From: Bacteriovoracia bacterium | GTDB lineage: Bacteria > Bdellovibrionota > UBA1018 > JBFWNL01 | Reading direction: 5' to 3' | Length of the DNA stretch: 64,000 bases | Assembly (NCBI GenBank): GCA_050251055.1 | Contig: JBFWNL010000006.1 | Coordinates: 5,460 to 69,459, forward strand | In this document: piece by piece, positions 45,131 to 58,676 of the stretch | Layout: every line of letters begins with the position of its first letter | How positions within the stretch are numbered: the stretch's first letter is position 1 | Position numbers and translations under genes: made by a program | The notes under the pieces: generated by a model | Seen by the model: only the letters and a program-made list of their open reading frames with translations | Databases searched by the model: none | Told to the model about the DNA's origin: nothing

Positions 45131-46219
45131 ATGCGGATTCTCGCCCGGTACGTCTCCGAGGTTTTTATCAAGAATTTCCTGATGGCTCTGCTCGGCCTGA
45201 CGCTCATTTACCTCTTCCAGGCCGTCATGGGGATGCTCTTCGATAACCAGTTCCCGCTGCACCAAATCCTCATTTATAAGGCCATGGAGCTGCCGGAGAT
45301 CATGGTCCAGGTCTGTGCGCCGGCCGTCTTGGTGTCTACCGTCCTTTGCTTGGGGGGGCTGAACCGCAGTAACGAGCTCACGGCGTGTTATTCGATCGGG
45401 ATCGGGTTCCGGCAGATCGTCGTGATCCTCCTTTCGCTTATTTTCATGATCTCCTGCCTTACCCTCGCTACTCAAGACCGCGTGCTACCCATGCTCTTCA
45501 AGCGTAAGACGACTTACTACTGGCACGACATGAAGAAGCGGACCGACTTCGTGCTGGATCTGCGCCAAGACAAGATTTGGTATCGTTCCAAGAACTTGAT
45601 TTACAACCTACGCACCTTCGATCCCGCGAACCGCACGATTCACGGCATGGTGATCTATACTTTCGACGACGATTTTCGCTTGGCGGAGGTGACCGAGGCG
45701 AAGTCCGCTACTTATAACGATGCGAACTGGAAGTTGATGGATGGCACGGTGACAGTGTTCACGGGTTCCGAGGGCTTTCCTTTGACCAAGAAGTTCGAAC
45801 AGAAGGAGCTCGTGATCGGTGAGACGCCGAAGGACTTCCAGGAAATCGAAAAGGAAGTGGGTGGGCTGCGGCTGAAGGAGTTGTATCGCTACATTCAGCG
45901 TACGCGCGAGAACGGAATCGACGCGCATTCATACGAGGTGAGATTTCATTCACGAATCAGTCAAAGCTTCGTGCCGATTGTGATGTGTTTTCTCGCGCTT
46001 CCTTTTTCGACCCGGAATCGTCGCGAAGGCGGCGCGGGTGCGGGCAAAGATGTCGTGATTTGCTTGGGATTTTCCTTTCTATATTTACTTTTCCAATCGA
46101 TCGGATTATCCCTGGGGGAAAATGGCGCACTGCCCCCATTGGTCTCGGCGTGGTTGCCGAGCGTGATTTTCCTGGGCTTGGCGGTGGCGCTGATCACGTA
46201 TCGTCGGAAGACGGCGTGA
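45131..46219 (+). CDS. LptF/LptG-family LPS export permease (YjgP/YjgQ)
   Basis: It has the N-terminus MRILARYVSEVFIKNFLMALLGLTLIYL, six TM helices with a large periplasmic loop, and is 362 aa. Confidence 0.75.
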   Translation: MRILARYVSEVFIKNFLMALLGLTLIYLFQAVMGMLFDNQFPLHQILIYKAMELPEIMVQVCAPAVLVSTVLCLGGLNRSNELTACYSIGIGFRQIVVILLSLIFMISCLTLATQDRVLPMLFKRKTTYYWHDMKKRTDFVLDLRQDKIWYRSKNLIYNLRTFDPANRTIHGMVIYTFDDDFRLAEVTEAKSATYNDANWKLMDGTVTVFTGSEGFPLTKKFEQKELVIGETPKDFQEIEKEVGGLRLKELYRYIQRTRENGIDAHSYEVRFHSRISQSFVPIVMCFLALPFSTRNRREGGAGAGKDVVICLGFSFLYLLFQSIGLSLGENGALPPLVSAWLPSVIFLGLAVALITYRRKTA

Positions 46220-46239
46220 GGCCGGCGTGAAACATTAAA

Positions 46240-46839
46240 ATGGCGAAACTGAAGATCTACACATTCCCCGACACGGTCTTGAAGCAAAAGGCCGCCCCGA
46301 TCGCCCGGGTGGAGAAGTCTTATTTCAAACTCGCCGACGACATGCTCGAGACCATGTACCACGCGCCCGGCATCGGGTTGGCCGCGAACCAGGTGGGGCT
46401 GCTCGAGCGGATCGTAGTAATCGACACCGATTACAAGCTAGATGATCTGCCCGAGGGCGCCCCTCCCCCTGATTTGGCTGAAGGCGGCGAGGTGGTGAGT
46501 GGCGGGATCATCACGAATCGCAAACCCATCGTGATGATTAATCCGGAGATCGTGTATCGCGAAGGCTCCCAGATTTACTGCGAAGGCTGCCTTTCGGTGC
46601 CCGAGTACCAGGAAGAAGTAAAGCGAGCCGAAAAAGTAAAGGTCGAGTATCAGGATCCGGATGGACTGAAGCACACCCTGAGTGCGGAGGGATTGCTCGC
46701 CGTTTGCATCCAGCACGAGCTCGATCACCTGGACGGAAAGCTCTTCATCGATCGCTTAAGCACGATCAAGCGTGATCTCGTAAAAAAGAAACTCATCCGG
46801 GCGCGCGCCGAAAAAGAAGCCTCGGAGTCAGAAGATTAA
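46240..46839 (+). CDS. def: Peptide deformylase (with an insertion)
   Basis: It has GIGLAANQVG, CEGCLSVPE and HELDHLDG, the three PDF motifs. A ~25 aa Pro/Gly-rich insertion follows motif 1. Confidence 0.9.
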   Translation: MAKLKIYTFPDTVLKQKAAPIARVEKSYFKLADDMLETMYHAPGIGLAANQVGLLERIVVIDTDYKLDDLPEGAPPPDLAEGGEVVSGGIITNRKPIVMINPEIVYREGSQIYCEGCLSVPEYQEEVKRAEKVKVEYQDPDGLKHTLSAEGLLAVCIQHELDHLDGKLFIDRLSTIKRDLVKKKLIRARAEKEASESED

Positions 46840-46843
46840 GGAA

Positions 46844-47782
46844 ATGCTCAAGGTCGTTTTCATGGGCACGCCCGAGTTTTCGCTGCCCGCCCTGCGGGCG
46901 GTGGCGGGCGCGCACCAAGTGGTGGCGGTATACACGCAACCCGATAGGCCCGTGGGGCGAGGGCTGGAAGTTCGGTACTCTCCCGTGAAGCAGGCGGCGC
47001 TGGATTTGGGTCTGCCCGTTTTCCAGCCTGAGAAACTTTCCGATGTAGGTGAAATAGAAAAGCTGCGCGCGCTGCAAGCCGACGTGATGGTCGTCGTGGC
47101 TTACGGTCAAATCTTGAAGCGCGCCGTGATTGAAATGCCCAGACTGGGCTGCATTAACATCCACTCCTCCTTGCTTCCGCGCTGGCGTGGGGCCGCGCCA
47201 ATCCAGCGCGCGATGCTCGCGGGCGACGCGGAAACGGGCGTGACGACGATGCTGATCGCCGAAAAGCTCGACGCCGGGGATATCTTGCTGCAAAAGCACA
47301 CGCCGATTGCCGCCGACGAAACCGCGCAAACCCTGCATGATCGGTTGGCCTCCTTGGGCGGCGAGTTGATCCTACCGACGCTCGCGGGGCGGGCGGATGG
47401 CTCGCTTCAGGCACAGAAACAGGACGAAGCAAAGGTGACCTACGCGGCGAAGCTGACCAAGGAGCTCGAGCGCCTGAATCCCGTCGGCTCCGACGCTGCG
47501 AGTCTTGATCGTCAGGTGCGCGCGTTGAATCCGTGGCCCGGGACCAGCGTGACGCTCACGACGGGCGAGCGGCTGAAGATCAAGCGCGCGGCCTTGCGCC
47601 GTGATGTCACCGGCGGCGCGGGGACCTTGTTTGAGAAGCAAGGGCAAGTGTTTTTAGGCGCATCCGACGGCGCTTTGGAGCTGGTACGCGTGCAATGGGA
47701 TGGGAAAAAGGAAGTTGATTCTTCGGCCTTTCTCAATGGTATAAGGGGGGCAGGTTTGAAACTTCCCCTGCAACTCGCGTGA
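46844..47782 (+). CDS. fmt: Methionyl-tRNA formyltransferase
   Basis: It has the Fmt N-terminus (VFMGTPEFSLPAL), INIHSSLLPRWRGAAPIQRA, and is 312 aa. Confidence 0.9.
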   Translation: MLKVVFMGTPEFSLPALRAVAGAHQVVAVYTQPDRPVGRGLEVRYSPVKQAALDLGLPVFQPEKLSDVGEIEKLRALQADVMVVVAYGQILKRAVIEMPRLGCINIHSSLLPRWRGAAPIQRAMLAGDAETGVTTMLIAEKLDAGDILLQKHTPIAADETAQTLHDRLASLGGELILPTLAGRADGSLQAQKQDEAKVTYAAKLTKELERLNPVGSDAASLDRQVRALNPWPGTSVTLTTGERLKIKRAALRRDVTGGAGTLFEKQGQVFLGASDGALELVRVQWDGKKEVDSSAFLNGIRGAGLKLPLQLA

Positions 47783-47791
47783 TCGGAGCCC

Positions 47792-48475
<684 letters not shown>

Positions 48476-48492
48476 ACCTTCTTGGAAAAAGC

Positions 48493-49994
48493 ATGAAAGT
48501 CGTAAAGATCGGTCATGGAAAAATTAGTTTAGAGCAGGTCGAGGCGGTCGCCGCCGGCCGGCGGAAGGTCGATATTCACCCCGCCGCCGCCCGCCGAATT
48601 CAAAAAGCCCACGTATTTTTACAGAGGGAAATGAAAACCGGCCGCGCGATCTATGGCGTAAATACGGGTTTCGGCTATCTCTCCAACGTACGCGTCCCGG
48701 ACGAAGACCTCGAAACTTTGCAATATAATCTCCTGCGCTCGCACGCGGTCGGCGTAGGGGATCCGATGCCTGATCCCGTCGTGAAAGCCATGCTGCTTTT
48801 GCGCGCGCACGCACTCGCGTTCGGGCACTCGGGGGTGAGTCTGACGCTCGTACGTCAGATCGTGAAGGTTCTCAATGCCGGTATCTGCCCGTTGATCCCA
48901 CATCAAGGTTCAGTCGGTGCGAGTGGGGATTTAGCGCCATTGGCGCATCTGGCGCTCGTCCTCATCGGAGAGGGCAAGGCACGCCGAAACGGTAAGCTCA
49001 TGTCTGGCGCAGCCGCCCTGAAGTCCGCCGGGTTAAAGCCCATTCGCTTGGGGCCCAAGGAGGGATTGGCGCTCATTAACGGCACGCAATTCATGACGGC
49101 GATCGGCGCGCTGGCCGTGCTCGATGCCGAGTATTTGGCTGATTTTGCCGACGTCGTGGGCGCGCTTACCTTGGAGGCCATGCGCGGGACGGTGAAGGCG
49201 TTTGATCCCGATATCCACCGCGTGCGCTCGCATCCAGGTCAGGCGGAGTCGGCCGCGCGTATTCGCAAGATGTTGCGAGAGGGTGGAGCGAGCACGATCA
49301 GCAAGAGCCATGTCAACTGCACCCGCGTGCAGGACCCTTACAGCCTTCGTTGCATGCCGCAGGTGCACGGGGCCACGCGCGACGCGCTGAAATTTGTGCG
49401 CGGGGTATTGGAGCGCGAAGTGAATGCGGTTACCGATAATCCCTTGATTTTTCCCGAGGCGAAGAAAATCCTCAGTGGCGGAAACTTCCACGGCCAGGTC
49501 GTTTCGCTGGCCATGGACACGTTAGCCATCGCCGTCGCGGAGCTGGCGAGTATTTCCGAGCAGCGCCTGCACAAGCTCATTAACCCCGTCATGTCGGAAC
49601 TGCCGGCGTTTCTCGTGAAAGAAAGCGGGCTGAATAGCGGCTTCATGATCGTCCAGGTCGCGGCCGCTAGTATCGTCTCCGAGAATAAGACGCTCGCGCA
49701 TCCGGCGGTCGTGGATTCCATACCCACCTCGGCCGACAAGGAAGATCACGTCAGCATGGGTGCCTGGGCCGCGCGCAAGGCGAGTCGCGTGGTGAAGAAT
49801 ACGCGCCGGGTGTTGGCTATGGAAGCGCTGGCCGCCGCGCAAGGCATAGATCTTTTGCGCCCGCTACGGACGACGCCGTTCTTGGAGCGCACGCATCGGC
49901 TCATTCGCTCGCGCGTGCGCACGTACGCGCAGGACCGAATTTTTAGCGGAGATTTAGAGACCGCCGAGCGCATGATCGGCGATCGGGAGTTTGT

Positions 49995-50007
<13 letters not shown>
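48493..50007 (+). CDS. hutH: Histidine ammonia-lyase
   Basis: [15 protein letters not shown] carries the ASG triad that forms the MIO cofactor. It is about 505 aa; an alternative ATG lies at 48472. Confidence 0.9.
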
Positions 50008-51695
<1,688 letters not shown>

Positions 51696-51701
51696 TCGCG
51701 C

Positions 51702-52931
51702 ATGTCCCAGGTTTATATCCACGCGAGCGAGATCCTCACCGGCGAAGGCATTCGTCGCAAGGATGGCCGGCGCCCGGAGGAATCCGACCTGGGTCGTATC
51801 GAGGACGGCGCGATCGTGATCGCCGACCCCAAGCGGGATGGCCGCCCGGGGAAGATTGAATGGGTAGGTAAGACCTCGGATCTCCCGAAACGTTATGGGC
51901 GGGTCCGTAAAAAAAATCTCAAACGGAAGCACGCCGTTGTTCCCGGTCTAGTGGACTGCCACACGCACCTGGTGTTTGCGGGCGATCGATCGGAGGAATT
52001 TGCCGCGCGCTGCGGAGGCGCGACCTACGCCGAAATCGCGGCGAAGGGTGGGGGTATCCTCACCACCGTACGGGCCACGCGCGATGCTTCCGCGAAAGAG
52101 CTTTTCCGTCTGGCCAATGCGCGACTACGCGAGGCCTATAACTACGGTGTGCGCACGATCGAAATCAAAACGGGCTATGGGCTCACGCCCGAGTCCGAGC
52201 TGAAGTGTCTTGAAGTGATTCGTGAGCTCAAGAAGAGCTGCCCGAAGATGACGATCCAATCCACTTTCTTGGGGGCGCATGCTTTTCCGAAAGAGCTGCC
52301 ACGTACCGAGTATCTACGGCAGCTCACCGAAGAGATGATCCCGCAGGCTGCGAAGAGGAAGCTTGCTGACGCTTGCGACGTTTTCATCGACGAGGGTTAC
52401 TATACGATTGAAGAAGGCCGTCAGGTGCTGGAGGCCGGCCGCCGTCACGGGATGGCGATTAAGCTTCACGGCGATGAGCTCGTCGACACCGGATCGGCCG
52501 CGTTCGCCTGCGAGATGGGCGCGCTCTCCGTCGATCACTTGCTGAAAGTTTCCCCCGAAGGGATCCGTCGCCTAGGCTCATCCGATACGGTGGCCGTACT
52601 CCTCCCGGGGACCGCGTTTTATCTGAAAGCTCCGCACGCCCCCGCCCGTGCGCTCATCGACGCCGGCGCGCGCGTCGCGCTCTCGACGGATTTTAATCCC
52701 GGCACCAGCATGACTTTGTCGCTTCCGACAATCCTCACCATCTCCGCGCTTTATCTCCAGATGTCCCGCGCCGAGCTCTTCGCGGGCGTGACTTATAATG
52801 GCGCGCGCGCGCTGGGTTTGCACGAGCGCAAAGGGACGCTGGAGAAAGGCAAAGACGGGGATATCGCGGTATTGCCGTTCGCGCGTTTCGAGGAGATGTA
52901 TTACCGATTCGCCTGGGCGCCAGGGATGTAG
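51702..52931 (+). CDS. hutI: Imidazolonepropionase
   Basis: The amidohydrolase signature DCHTHLVF and the 409 aa length fit. It is the third gene of the hut operon. Confidence 0.85.
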   Translation: MSQVYIHASEILTGEGIRRKDGRRPEESDLGRIEDGAIVIADPKRDGRPGKIEWVGKTSDLPKRYGRVRKKNLKRKHAVVPGLVDCHTHLVFAGDRSEEFAARCGGATYAEIAAKGGGILTTVRATRDASAKELFRLANARLREAYNYGVRTIEIKTGYGLTPESELKCLEVIRELKKSCPKMTIQSTFLGAHAFPKELPRTEYLRQLTEEMIPQAAKRKLADACDVFIDEGYYTIEEGRQVLEAGRRHGMAIKLHGDELVDTGSAAFACEMGALSVDHLLKVSPEGIRRLGSSDTVAVLLPGTAFYLKAPHAPARALIDAGARVALSTDFNPGTSMTLSLPTILTISALYLQMSRAELFAGVTYNGARALGLHERKGTLEKGKDGDIAVLPFARFEEMYYRFAWAPGM

Positions 52932-53575
52932 TACGTGACTTTACGCGTGAGCAGCCAATAGACGGCCGCCGCGCAGCCCAGGCCCGCGAAACAATCGACG
53001 ATGTAATGTTGCTTCGTCGTCAAGGTGGTGATCGCGACCGCGGTCGCCCAAAGAAAGAAAGCCCAGAATTTCTTGCGCGCAGCCGGGCTTGGGTCCTGTA
53101 GGAATACGAAAGACGTGATGTAGCAGCTGCCTACGTGCAGGCTGGGTAGGCAGTTCGCCGGCGTATCCAAGCTTCGAAACGTGCTGAATACCCAGTAAGT
53201 GAACATGTTCTCGTTTCCGGTGAGCGGGTAGAGATCGCGCGGATAAGTCGTGGGGAAGAACCAAAAGATGAGCACGCTAAAAGTCTGCAGCACCAGCAGA
53301 CAATAGCAGAAGAGGTTCATGGATTTTCGGTCCTTGAGCTGGAGAAAAGCCAACGGGAACAGCGCGTACTCGCTCAGGTAGATCCAAATCGTATCGGGCA
53401 CGAGCGGGGTGACCCGATCGATCCACCACATGGGCAGCATCGCGGGCTCGAAAAGGTGGACGCGGTTGGAGCTTACGTACATCGCGAGCATCACGAAGGT
53501 CAGGATCCATCCGGACTTGATCTTGTTCTCCGACGTGACGTACATCGGAAGCGAAAGAGTCATTACTTCAGCCAT
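52901..53575 (-). CDS. PAP2-superfamily membrane protein (Aur1/inositol-phosphorylceramide synthase-like lipid phosphotransferase)
   Basis: It has six TM helices. It carries a PSLH (C2-like) motif and TKQHYIVD (a C3-like SRxxxxxHxxxD variant), as in sphingolipid head-group transferases. Confidence 0.45.
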   Translation of the reverse strand: MAEVMTLSLPMYVTSENKIKSGWILTFVMLAMYVSSNRVHLFEPAMLPMWWIDRVTPLVPDTIWIYLSEYALFPLAFLQLKDRKSMNLFCYCLLVLQTFSVLIFWFFPTTYPRDLYPLTGNENMFTYWVFSTFRSLDTPANCLPSLHVGSCYITSFVFLQDPSPAARKKFWAFFLWATAVAITTLTTKQHYIVDCFAGLGCAAAVYWLLTRKVTYYIPGAQANR

Positions 53576-54150
53576 TCCTTCATCTGGGCGTGTACTTGTT
53601 GGCTATTCCAATCGCGGTCGCCACTCTCCGCCATCAACACCTTGCGATCCTTATCCAGGATCACCGTGAACGGGATGGCATGGACGTCGAAGAAGCGGCT
53701 TAACTCTTGGTCGGCATCGTAATAGGCGGCGAAGTCGATTTTAAATTGCTCAAGGGCCCGTCCCATGACGGCTTCCGGGTTTTCGTCGACATTGATGGTG
53801 ATGACTTCAAATCCGTCCTTTTGGAACGCTTCGCGCAGTTTCACGATCGAGGGCATTTCGATCACGCAAGCCTCGCACCAGGTCGCCCAGAAATTAATGA
53901 GAGCGATCTTGTGCTTCAGCTTGGAGTATTCAATCTTTCCGCCTCGAAAGCGCGAGAGCGTGAAATCGGGGAGCGTAGCGCCCACGCGCACTTCCGCGTG
54001 CCCGTCTCCGTCCGCGCCCGGCGCGCCCACTTGTGACTTCAAAAAGGAAAGCCCCCCGATGGCGATCGCGATGATCACGACAATCGGCGCGACGATCGGA
54101 ATGAACCGCTTCCAGGAGTGATTTCGTGTACTTGATGCGGGGTCTGTCAT
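53563..54150 (-). CDS. TlpA/ResA-like thiol-disulfide oxidoreductase (thioredoxin fold, membrane anchored)
   Basis: WATWCEACVIEMP is the WCxxC redox motif. It has an N-terminal TM anchor and is 195 aa. Confidence 0.75.
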   Translation of the reverse strand: MTDPASSTRNHSWKRFIPIVAPIVVIIAIAIGGLSFLKSQVGAPGADGDGHAEVRVGATLPDFTLSRFRGGKIEYSKLKHKIALINFWATWCEACVIEMPSIVKLREAFQKDGFEVITINVDENPEAVMGRALEQFKIDFAAYYDADQELSRFFDVHAIPFTVILDKDRKVLMAESGDRDWNSQQVHAQMKEWLK

Positions 54151-54171
54151 CTTCTGGAATTATACCTTAGA

Positions 54172-54411
54172 ATGATAGTTATGAAAGAGGGTAAAGCGGA
54201 TCCTAAGGCCGGCCAGGCGCTCATCGAGTACATCCTCATGCTCAGCGCCGCCCTCCTGATCGTGGGCTTGGTGAACCAAGGTTTCTATAAGATCCGTAAT
54301 TACCTTTGGCGGAAGATCACCTGCGAGGTCGCCGCTCCCTGTCCGGGTTGCGAAGCCCCCGCGGGGACGGATCGCGCGGTTAGTCGTTCATTCGGACGGG
54401 GCTGTAACTGA
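54172..54411 (+). CDS. Small protein with a Flp/type IVb pilin-like N-terminus and a Cys-rich tail
   Basis: KAGQALIEYILMLSAALLIVGLV resembles the Flp prepilin processing motif (G/XXXXEY followed by a hydrophobic helix). The C-terminus carries CEVAAPCPGCEAP. Support is weak. Confidence 0.3.
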   Translation: MIVMKEGKADPKAGQALIEYILMLSAALLIVGLVNQGFYKIRNYLWRKITCEVAAPCPGCEAPAGTDRAVSRSFGRGCN

Positions 54412-55017
54412 GGGAGATGCCTCGCTCGGTTTAAACCCGATTCCGATCAGAAAGATTTCTTTGCTCTCCTTACGGGTGCTTTGGGGTCGCAGGACTTCCA
54501 CCCGGTTGAAAGCCTCCTTGATCTGCTTACGCAAGGGTTCGAAGCCTTCGCTGTGGAATAGCTTACAAACGAAGCTGCCTCCGGGCAGGAGGTACTTTCG
54601 GGCGGCGGTCAAAGCCATTTCGCAAAGCTCGAGCGAGCGGGCTTGGTCGGTCACTCGAATGCCCGTCGTCCGCGGCGCCATATCCGAAAGCACGGAGTGA
54701 AACTTCGGCTGCATATCGTACTGGCGGAACACTTCCGTGAGATCCGTCGTGAGGAAATCCCCCTGGACAAAAACCGCGTTAGGCAATGTCAGCCGGACTT
54801 CCTGTAGGTCGATCCCCAGGAGTCTCCCCATTTTTCCGATTTTTCCGGAGACATACTGCGACCACGAACCCGGGGCCGCGCCCAAGTCGAGCACCTGATC
54901 GCCGGACTTGATCAGGCGGAATTTTTTATCAATTTCCTCGAGCTTGTAAACCGAGCGCGCGGCGAAGTTGTCTTCTTTTGCCTTGCGGAAATAATAGTCT
55001 TTTCGGTTGTAAGTCAC
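54388..55017 (-). CDS. rlmE: 23S rRNA (uridine2552-2'-O)-methyltransferase RlmE/FtsJ
   Basis: It has SVYKLEEIDKKFRLIKSGDQVLDLGAAPGSWSQY (the SAM-binding site), the K-D-K-E tetrad context, and is 209 aa. Confidence 0.85.
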   Translation of the reverse strand: MTYNRKDYYFRKAKEDNFAARSVYKLEEIDKKFRLIKSGDQVLDLGAAPGSWSQYVSGKIGKMGRLLGIDLQEVRLTLPNAVFVQGDFLTTDLTEVFRQYDMQPKFHSVLSDMAPRTTGIRVTDQARSLELCEMALTAARKYLLPGGSFVCKLFHSEGFEPLRKQIKEAFNRVEVLRPQSTRKESKEIFLIGIGFKPSEASPSVTAPSE

Positions 55018-55029
55018 GCGGTCGTAGAC

Positions 55030-55962
55030 TTACCCGAATACCTCGGAATAATCCAGTACGGGTTCCACGCAGCAATTCGCGGCTTCAAAATAAGGAGCCC
55101 AATCCGACCAGTCCCGTCTTCCGAAGGCGGCCTGGACGAGCTCAATCACCTGGGCGGCTTCCGATCCCCTCGCGTATCCTTGCCCCCGGAGCTCGTTTAG
55201 CTCGAGGACTTCACAGAGTTTTTCCCAGAATTTTTGTTCCACGGCACCCACGGTTACGCGCCGGCCGTCACGGCATCGATAGATGCGATAGCAGGGGAAG
55301 GCGCCCGTGAAGAGCGTCGTATCGGGCGCGGGCAGGTGTCCGGTGCCGGCGTACTCGCGCGCGAAGTAGTGCTGCACTTCCCGCAAGGTGTCGTAGAAGT
55401 TGACGACCACGCGCGCTCCGCGCCGGGATTTTTCCGTCAAACGCAGCTGGGCCAGGAATCGGATGGCGGCAGCGTCCACCGTGAAGAAATCCCCGAGCGG
55501 CAGTCCGGGTAGCTCGCGGCTCAACGAGAGAAGGCCAGTACGGGCTTGGAAATTAATGTCATGCCCCGCGCGGTCTTTGAGTGCGCCGCGCTCCGGGTAG
55601 CCGGTGATGCTCAGGATGATCAAGCGCGGGTTGATCCGGTGCAAGCTCCGCTGGTCCAGGCCCAACTTCCGTTTTGCGGCGGGCCGAAACGCTTCAATCA
55701 CGGCGTCGGCTTTTTTCACGAGCGTGGAAAACCGCTTTCGATCGGCGGGTTCCTTTAAGTTCAACTTGATGATCTGCTTTCCGCGATTCAACTCCCGATA
55801 AAACGTCCTGCCTAGCGCCTTCACGCCGTCCGGCTGATCCGGATTCTCGATACGAATGACCCGCGCGCCCAAACCGCGGAGTTTTTGCGCGAGCGATGGC
55901 CCCGGCATGAGCGTCGCGCAGTCGATGACGGTTTTTCCGGAGAGAGGCTTACGCGCGGCCAT
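55030..55962 (-). CDS. CoA-transferase family III (CaiB/BaiF) protein
   Basis: GKTVIDCATLMPGPSLAQKLRGLGARVIRIE is the family III N-terminal signature. It is 310 aa. Confidence 0.8.
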   Translation of the reverse strand: MAARKPLSGKTVIDCATLMPGPSLAQKLRGLGARVIRIENPDQPDGVKALGRTFYRELNRGKQIIKLNLKEPADRKRFSTLVKKADAVIEAFRPAAKRKLGLDQRSLHRINPRLIILSITGYPERGALKDRAGHDINFQARTGLLSLSRELPGLPLGDFFTVDAAAIRFLAQLRLTEKSRRGARVVVNFYDTLREVQHYFAREYAGTGHLPAPDTTLFTGAFPCYRIYRCRDGRRVTVGAVEQKFWEKLCEVLELNELRGQGYARGSEAAQVIELVQAAFGRRDWSDWAPYFEAANCCVEPVLDYSEVFG

Positions 55963-55964
55963 GG

Positions 55965-56711
55965 TTAAATAAACCGGCTAAAATACTTGCGGCTTTCTTC
56001 GAAAACGTAAGAAGCGATATGTTGGGCGTCCGCGGGTTTGAGATTTTGCAGCTGCAGGCCGATCTTCACGCCCGGGGGTTTGGCGTCTCGCGTGTTCGTC
56101 ATCATTTTGATATGCTTCACTTCCGCGTCGCATTTAATATCACGGCTACGGACCTGGAAGCGGATGTTCCGTAGCTTCAGGCCGACCGTGAACATCGCCT
56201 CCTCGTCGGTCTTGACGATGAACGAGATGCCGCCCGCACTGATGTCATAGACTTTCTTCTGCAGCTTGTTTTCCGGGAAAAGTGGATCCTCCACCTCGAT
56301 CTTGATCGCGTAGCCATCCGGCACGGGCATGCGGAAATCCTTGCGCCGCTGGACCTTATAGATCTGTTCCGGATACTCGAACGCCAGGCCCTCCTGGTTG
56401 ATGTCCTTGAACTTAGTCTTAAAAAAAATATTGGCGCGCGTAAGCGAAACGCTGAAGTAGCACGAAGGATCCTTGATCTTTTGGAGTTCGCGGATGAACG
56501 CGTCGGGATTGAAGTTCTTGGGCATCCACGCGTAAATCGTTTTTTGTTCCTCGGTGTACCCCACGAGGTGGGTGTTCACGACCTGCTCTTGGTCCTTGGT
56601 CCAGATGATGGTGGACGCGAACACCTTGGCGCCTTCGCGCATGAGCATGCGCGATTCCTTGGCGTCTTCAATCGGGACAAACGCGCGATTGGAATCTTCG
56701 CCTTTGGCCAT
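55965..56711 (-). CDS. YcgR-like PilZ domain protein (c-di-GMP effector)
   Basis: It has RRKDFRMP (RxxxR) and DISAGGISF (DxSxxG) preceded by a PilZN-like N-terminal domain. It is 248 aa and lies 6 bp upstream of mreB. Confidence 0.7.
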   Translation of the reverse strand: MAKGEDSNRAFVPIEDAKESRMLMREGAKVFASTIIWTKDQEQVVNTHLVGYTEEQKTIYAWMPKNFNPDAFIRELQKIKDPSCYFSVSLTRANIFFKTKFKDINQEGLAFEYPEQIYKVQRRKDFRMPVPDGYAIKIEVEDPLFPENKLQKKVYDISAGGISFIVKTDEEAMFTVGLKLRNIRFQVRSRDIKCDAEVKHIKMMTNTRDAKPPGVKIGLQLQNLKPADAQHIASYVFEESRKYFSRFI

Positions 56712-56717
56712 AGTCGG

Positions 56718-57749
<1,032 letters not shown>

Positions 57750-57776
57750 TCAGTTTTCACCGACATTTTACCGAGC

Positions 57777-58610
57777 TCACCACTTGTAATGCCGAATATG
57801 CTCACCGCGCTGGGCGATTTCGCTCATGGATTTGATGCCGATTTCCAAGTGAAGATCCGTGAAGTTGCGGAACACCGACCGCGCGGATTTCTTCGTCTTG
57901 ATCCCGCCGCGCTTGAGCGGCAAGTCCGAAACCAACAGCAACGCCCCGATCGGGACTTTGCTCACGAAACCACCTACGAATAGGGTCGCACATTCCATTT
58001 CGATCGCCAAGGCCCGTTCTTCGTACAGTTCCGCCTTGAATTGCTCGTCGAATTCCCAGAAGCGGTAGTTCGTGGTGTGGACCACGCCGGTACGGTAATC
58101 GTGCCCTTTTTCGACCAAAATCTCGGAAACGAATTTTTGAATTTTGAACGTCGGCAGCGCCGGCGTTTGCATCGGCATAAAATGCCGGGACGTTCCTTCG
58201 TCGCGGATCGCGGCCGTCGGCACGATGAAGTCGCCGACCTTGAGCGAGCGATGCAGGCCGCCGCACATTCCGAGCAGCAGCACGGCCTTGGGTTCCACGC
58301 ACGCGAGCAGCTCGATGATGAGTGCGGCCGTGGGCGAGCCGATCGAGAAATCCACGATCGAAACCCCGGCGCTCTTGCTATGCACGACGCTCATCGCGGA
58401 ACCTTTGGTCGTGCGGTCGCCGCAAATTTTCTCGAAGCGTTGGATGTAGTAATCAAAGTTGGTCAGAATGATCTGCTTTTGAAACATGCTGGCCGAACTT
58501 CCAGTGTAACGTTCCAGCATGTCGGCTGCGATTTTCGCCTTCTTCTTGTTGTTGTAGATACGATTGGAGGCGTTCGCCGTTCGGGGATAAGCACTTGGTT
58601 TTGCAGCCAT
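57777..58610 (-). CDS. PNP_UDP_1 family nucleoside phosphorylase/nucleosidase (AMP nucleosidase-like short form)
   Basis: LLLGMCGGLHRS...AIEMECATL are PNP/MTAN-fold motifs. There is an N-terminal ~70 aa extension. It is 277 aa. Confidence 0.55.
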   Translation of the reverse strand: MAAKPSAYPRTANASNRIYNNKKKAKIAADMLERYTGSSASMFQKQIILTNFDYYIQRFEKICGDRTTKGSAMSVVHSKSAGVSIVDFSIGSPTAALIIELLACVEPKAVLLLGMCGGLHRSLKVGDFIVPTAAIRDEGTSRHFMPMQTPALPTFKIQKFVSEILVEKGHDYRTGVVHTTNYRFWEFDEQFKAELYEERALAIEMECATLFVGGFVSKVPIGALLLVSDLPLKRGGIKTKKSARSVFRNFTDLHLEIGIKSMSEIAQRGEHIRHYKW

Positions 58611-58676
58611 TAGATCTACAGCCTAACTTTTGACCTGAGGCGAAACAAGGACTTTCAGGGACTTAGGAGAGATTCC

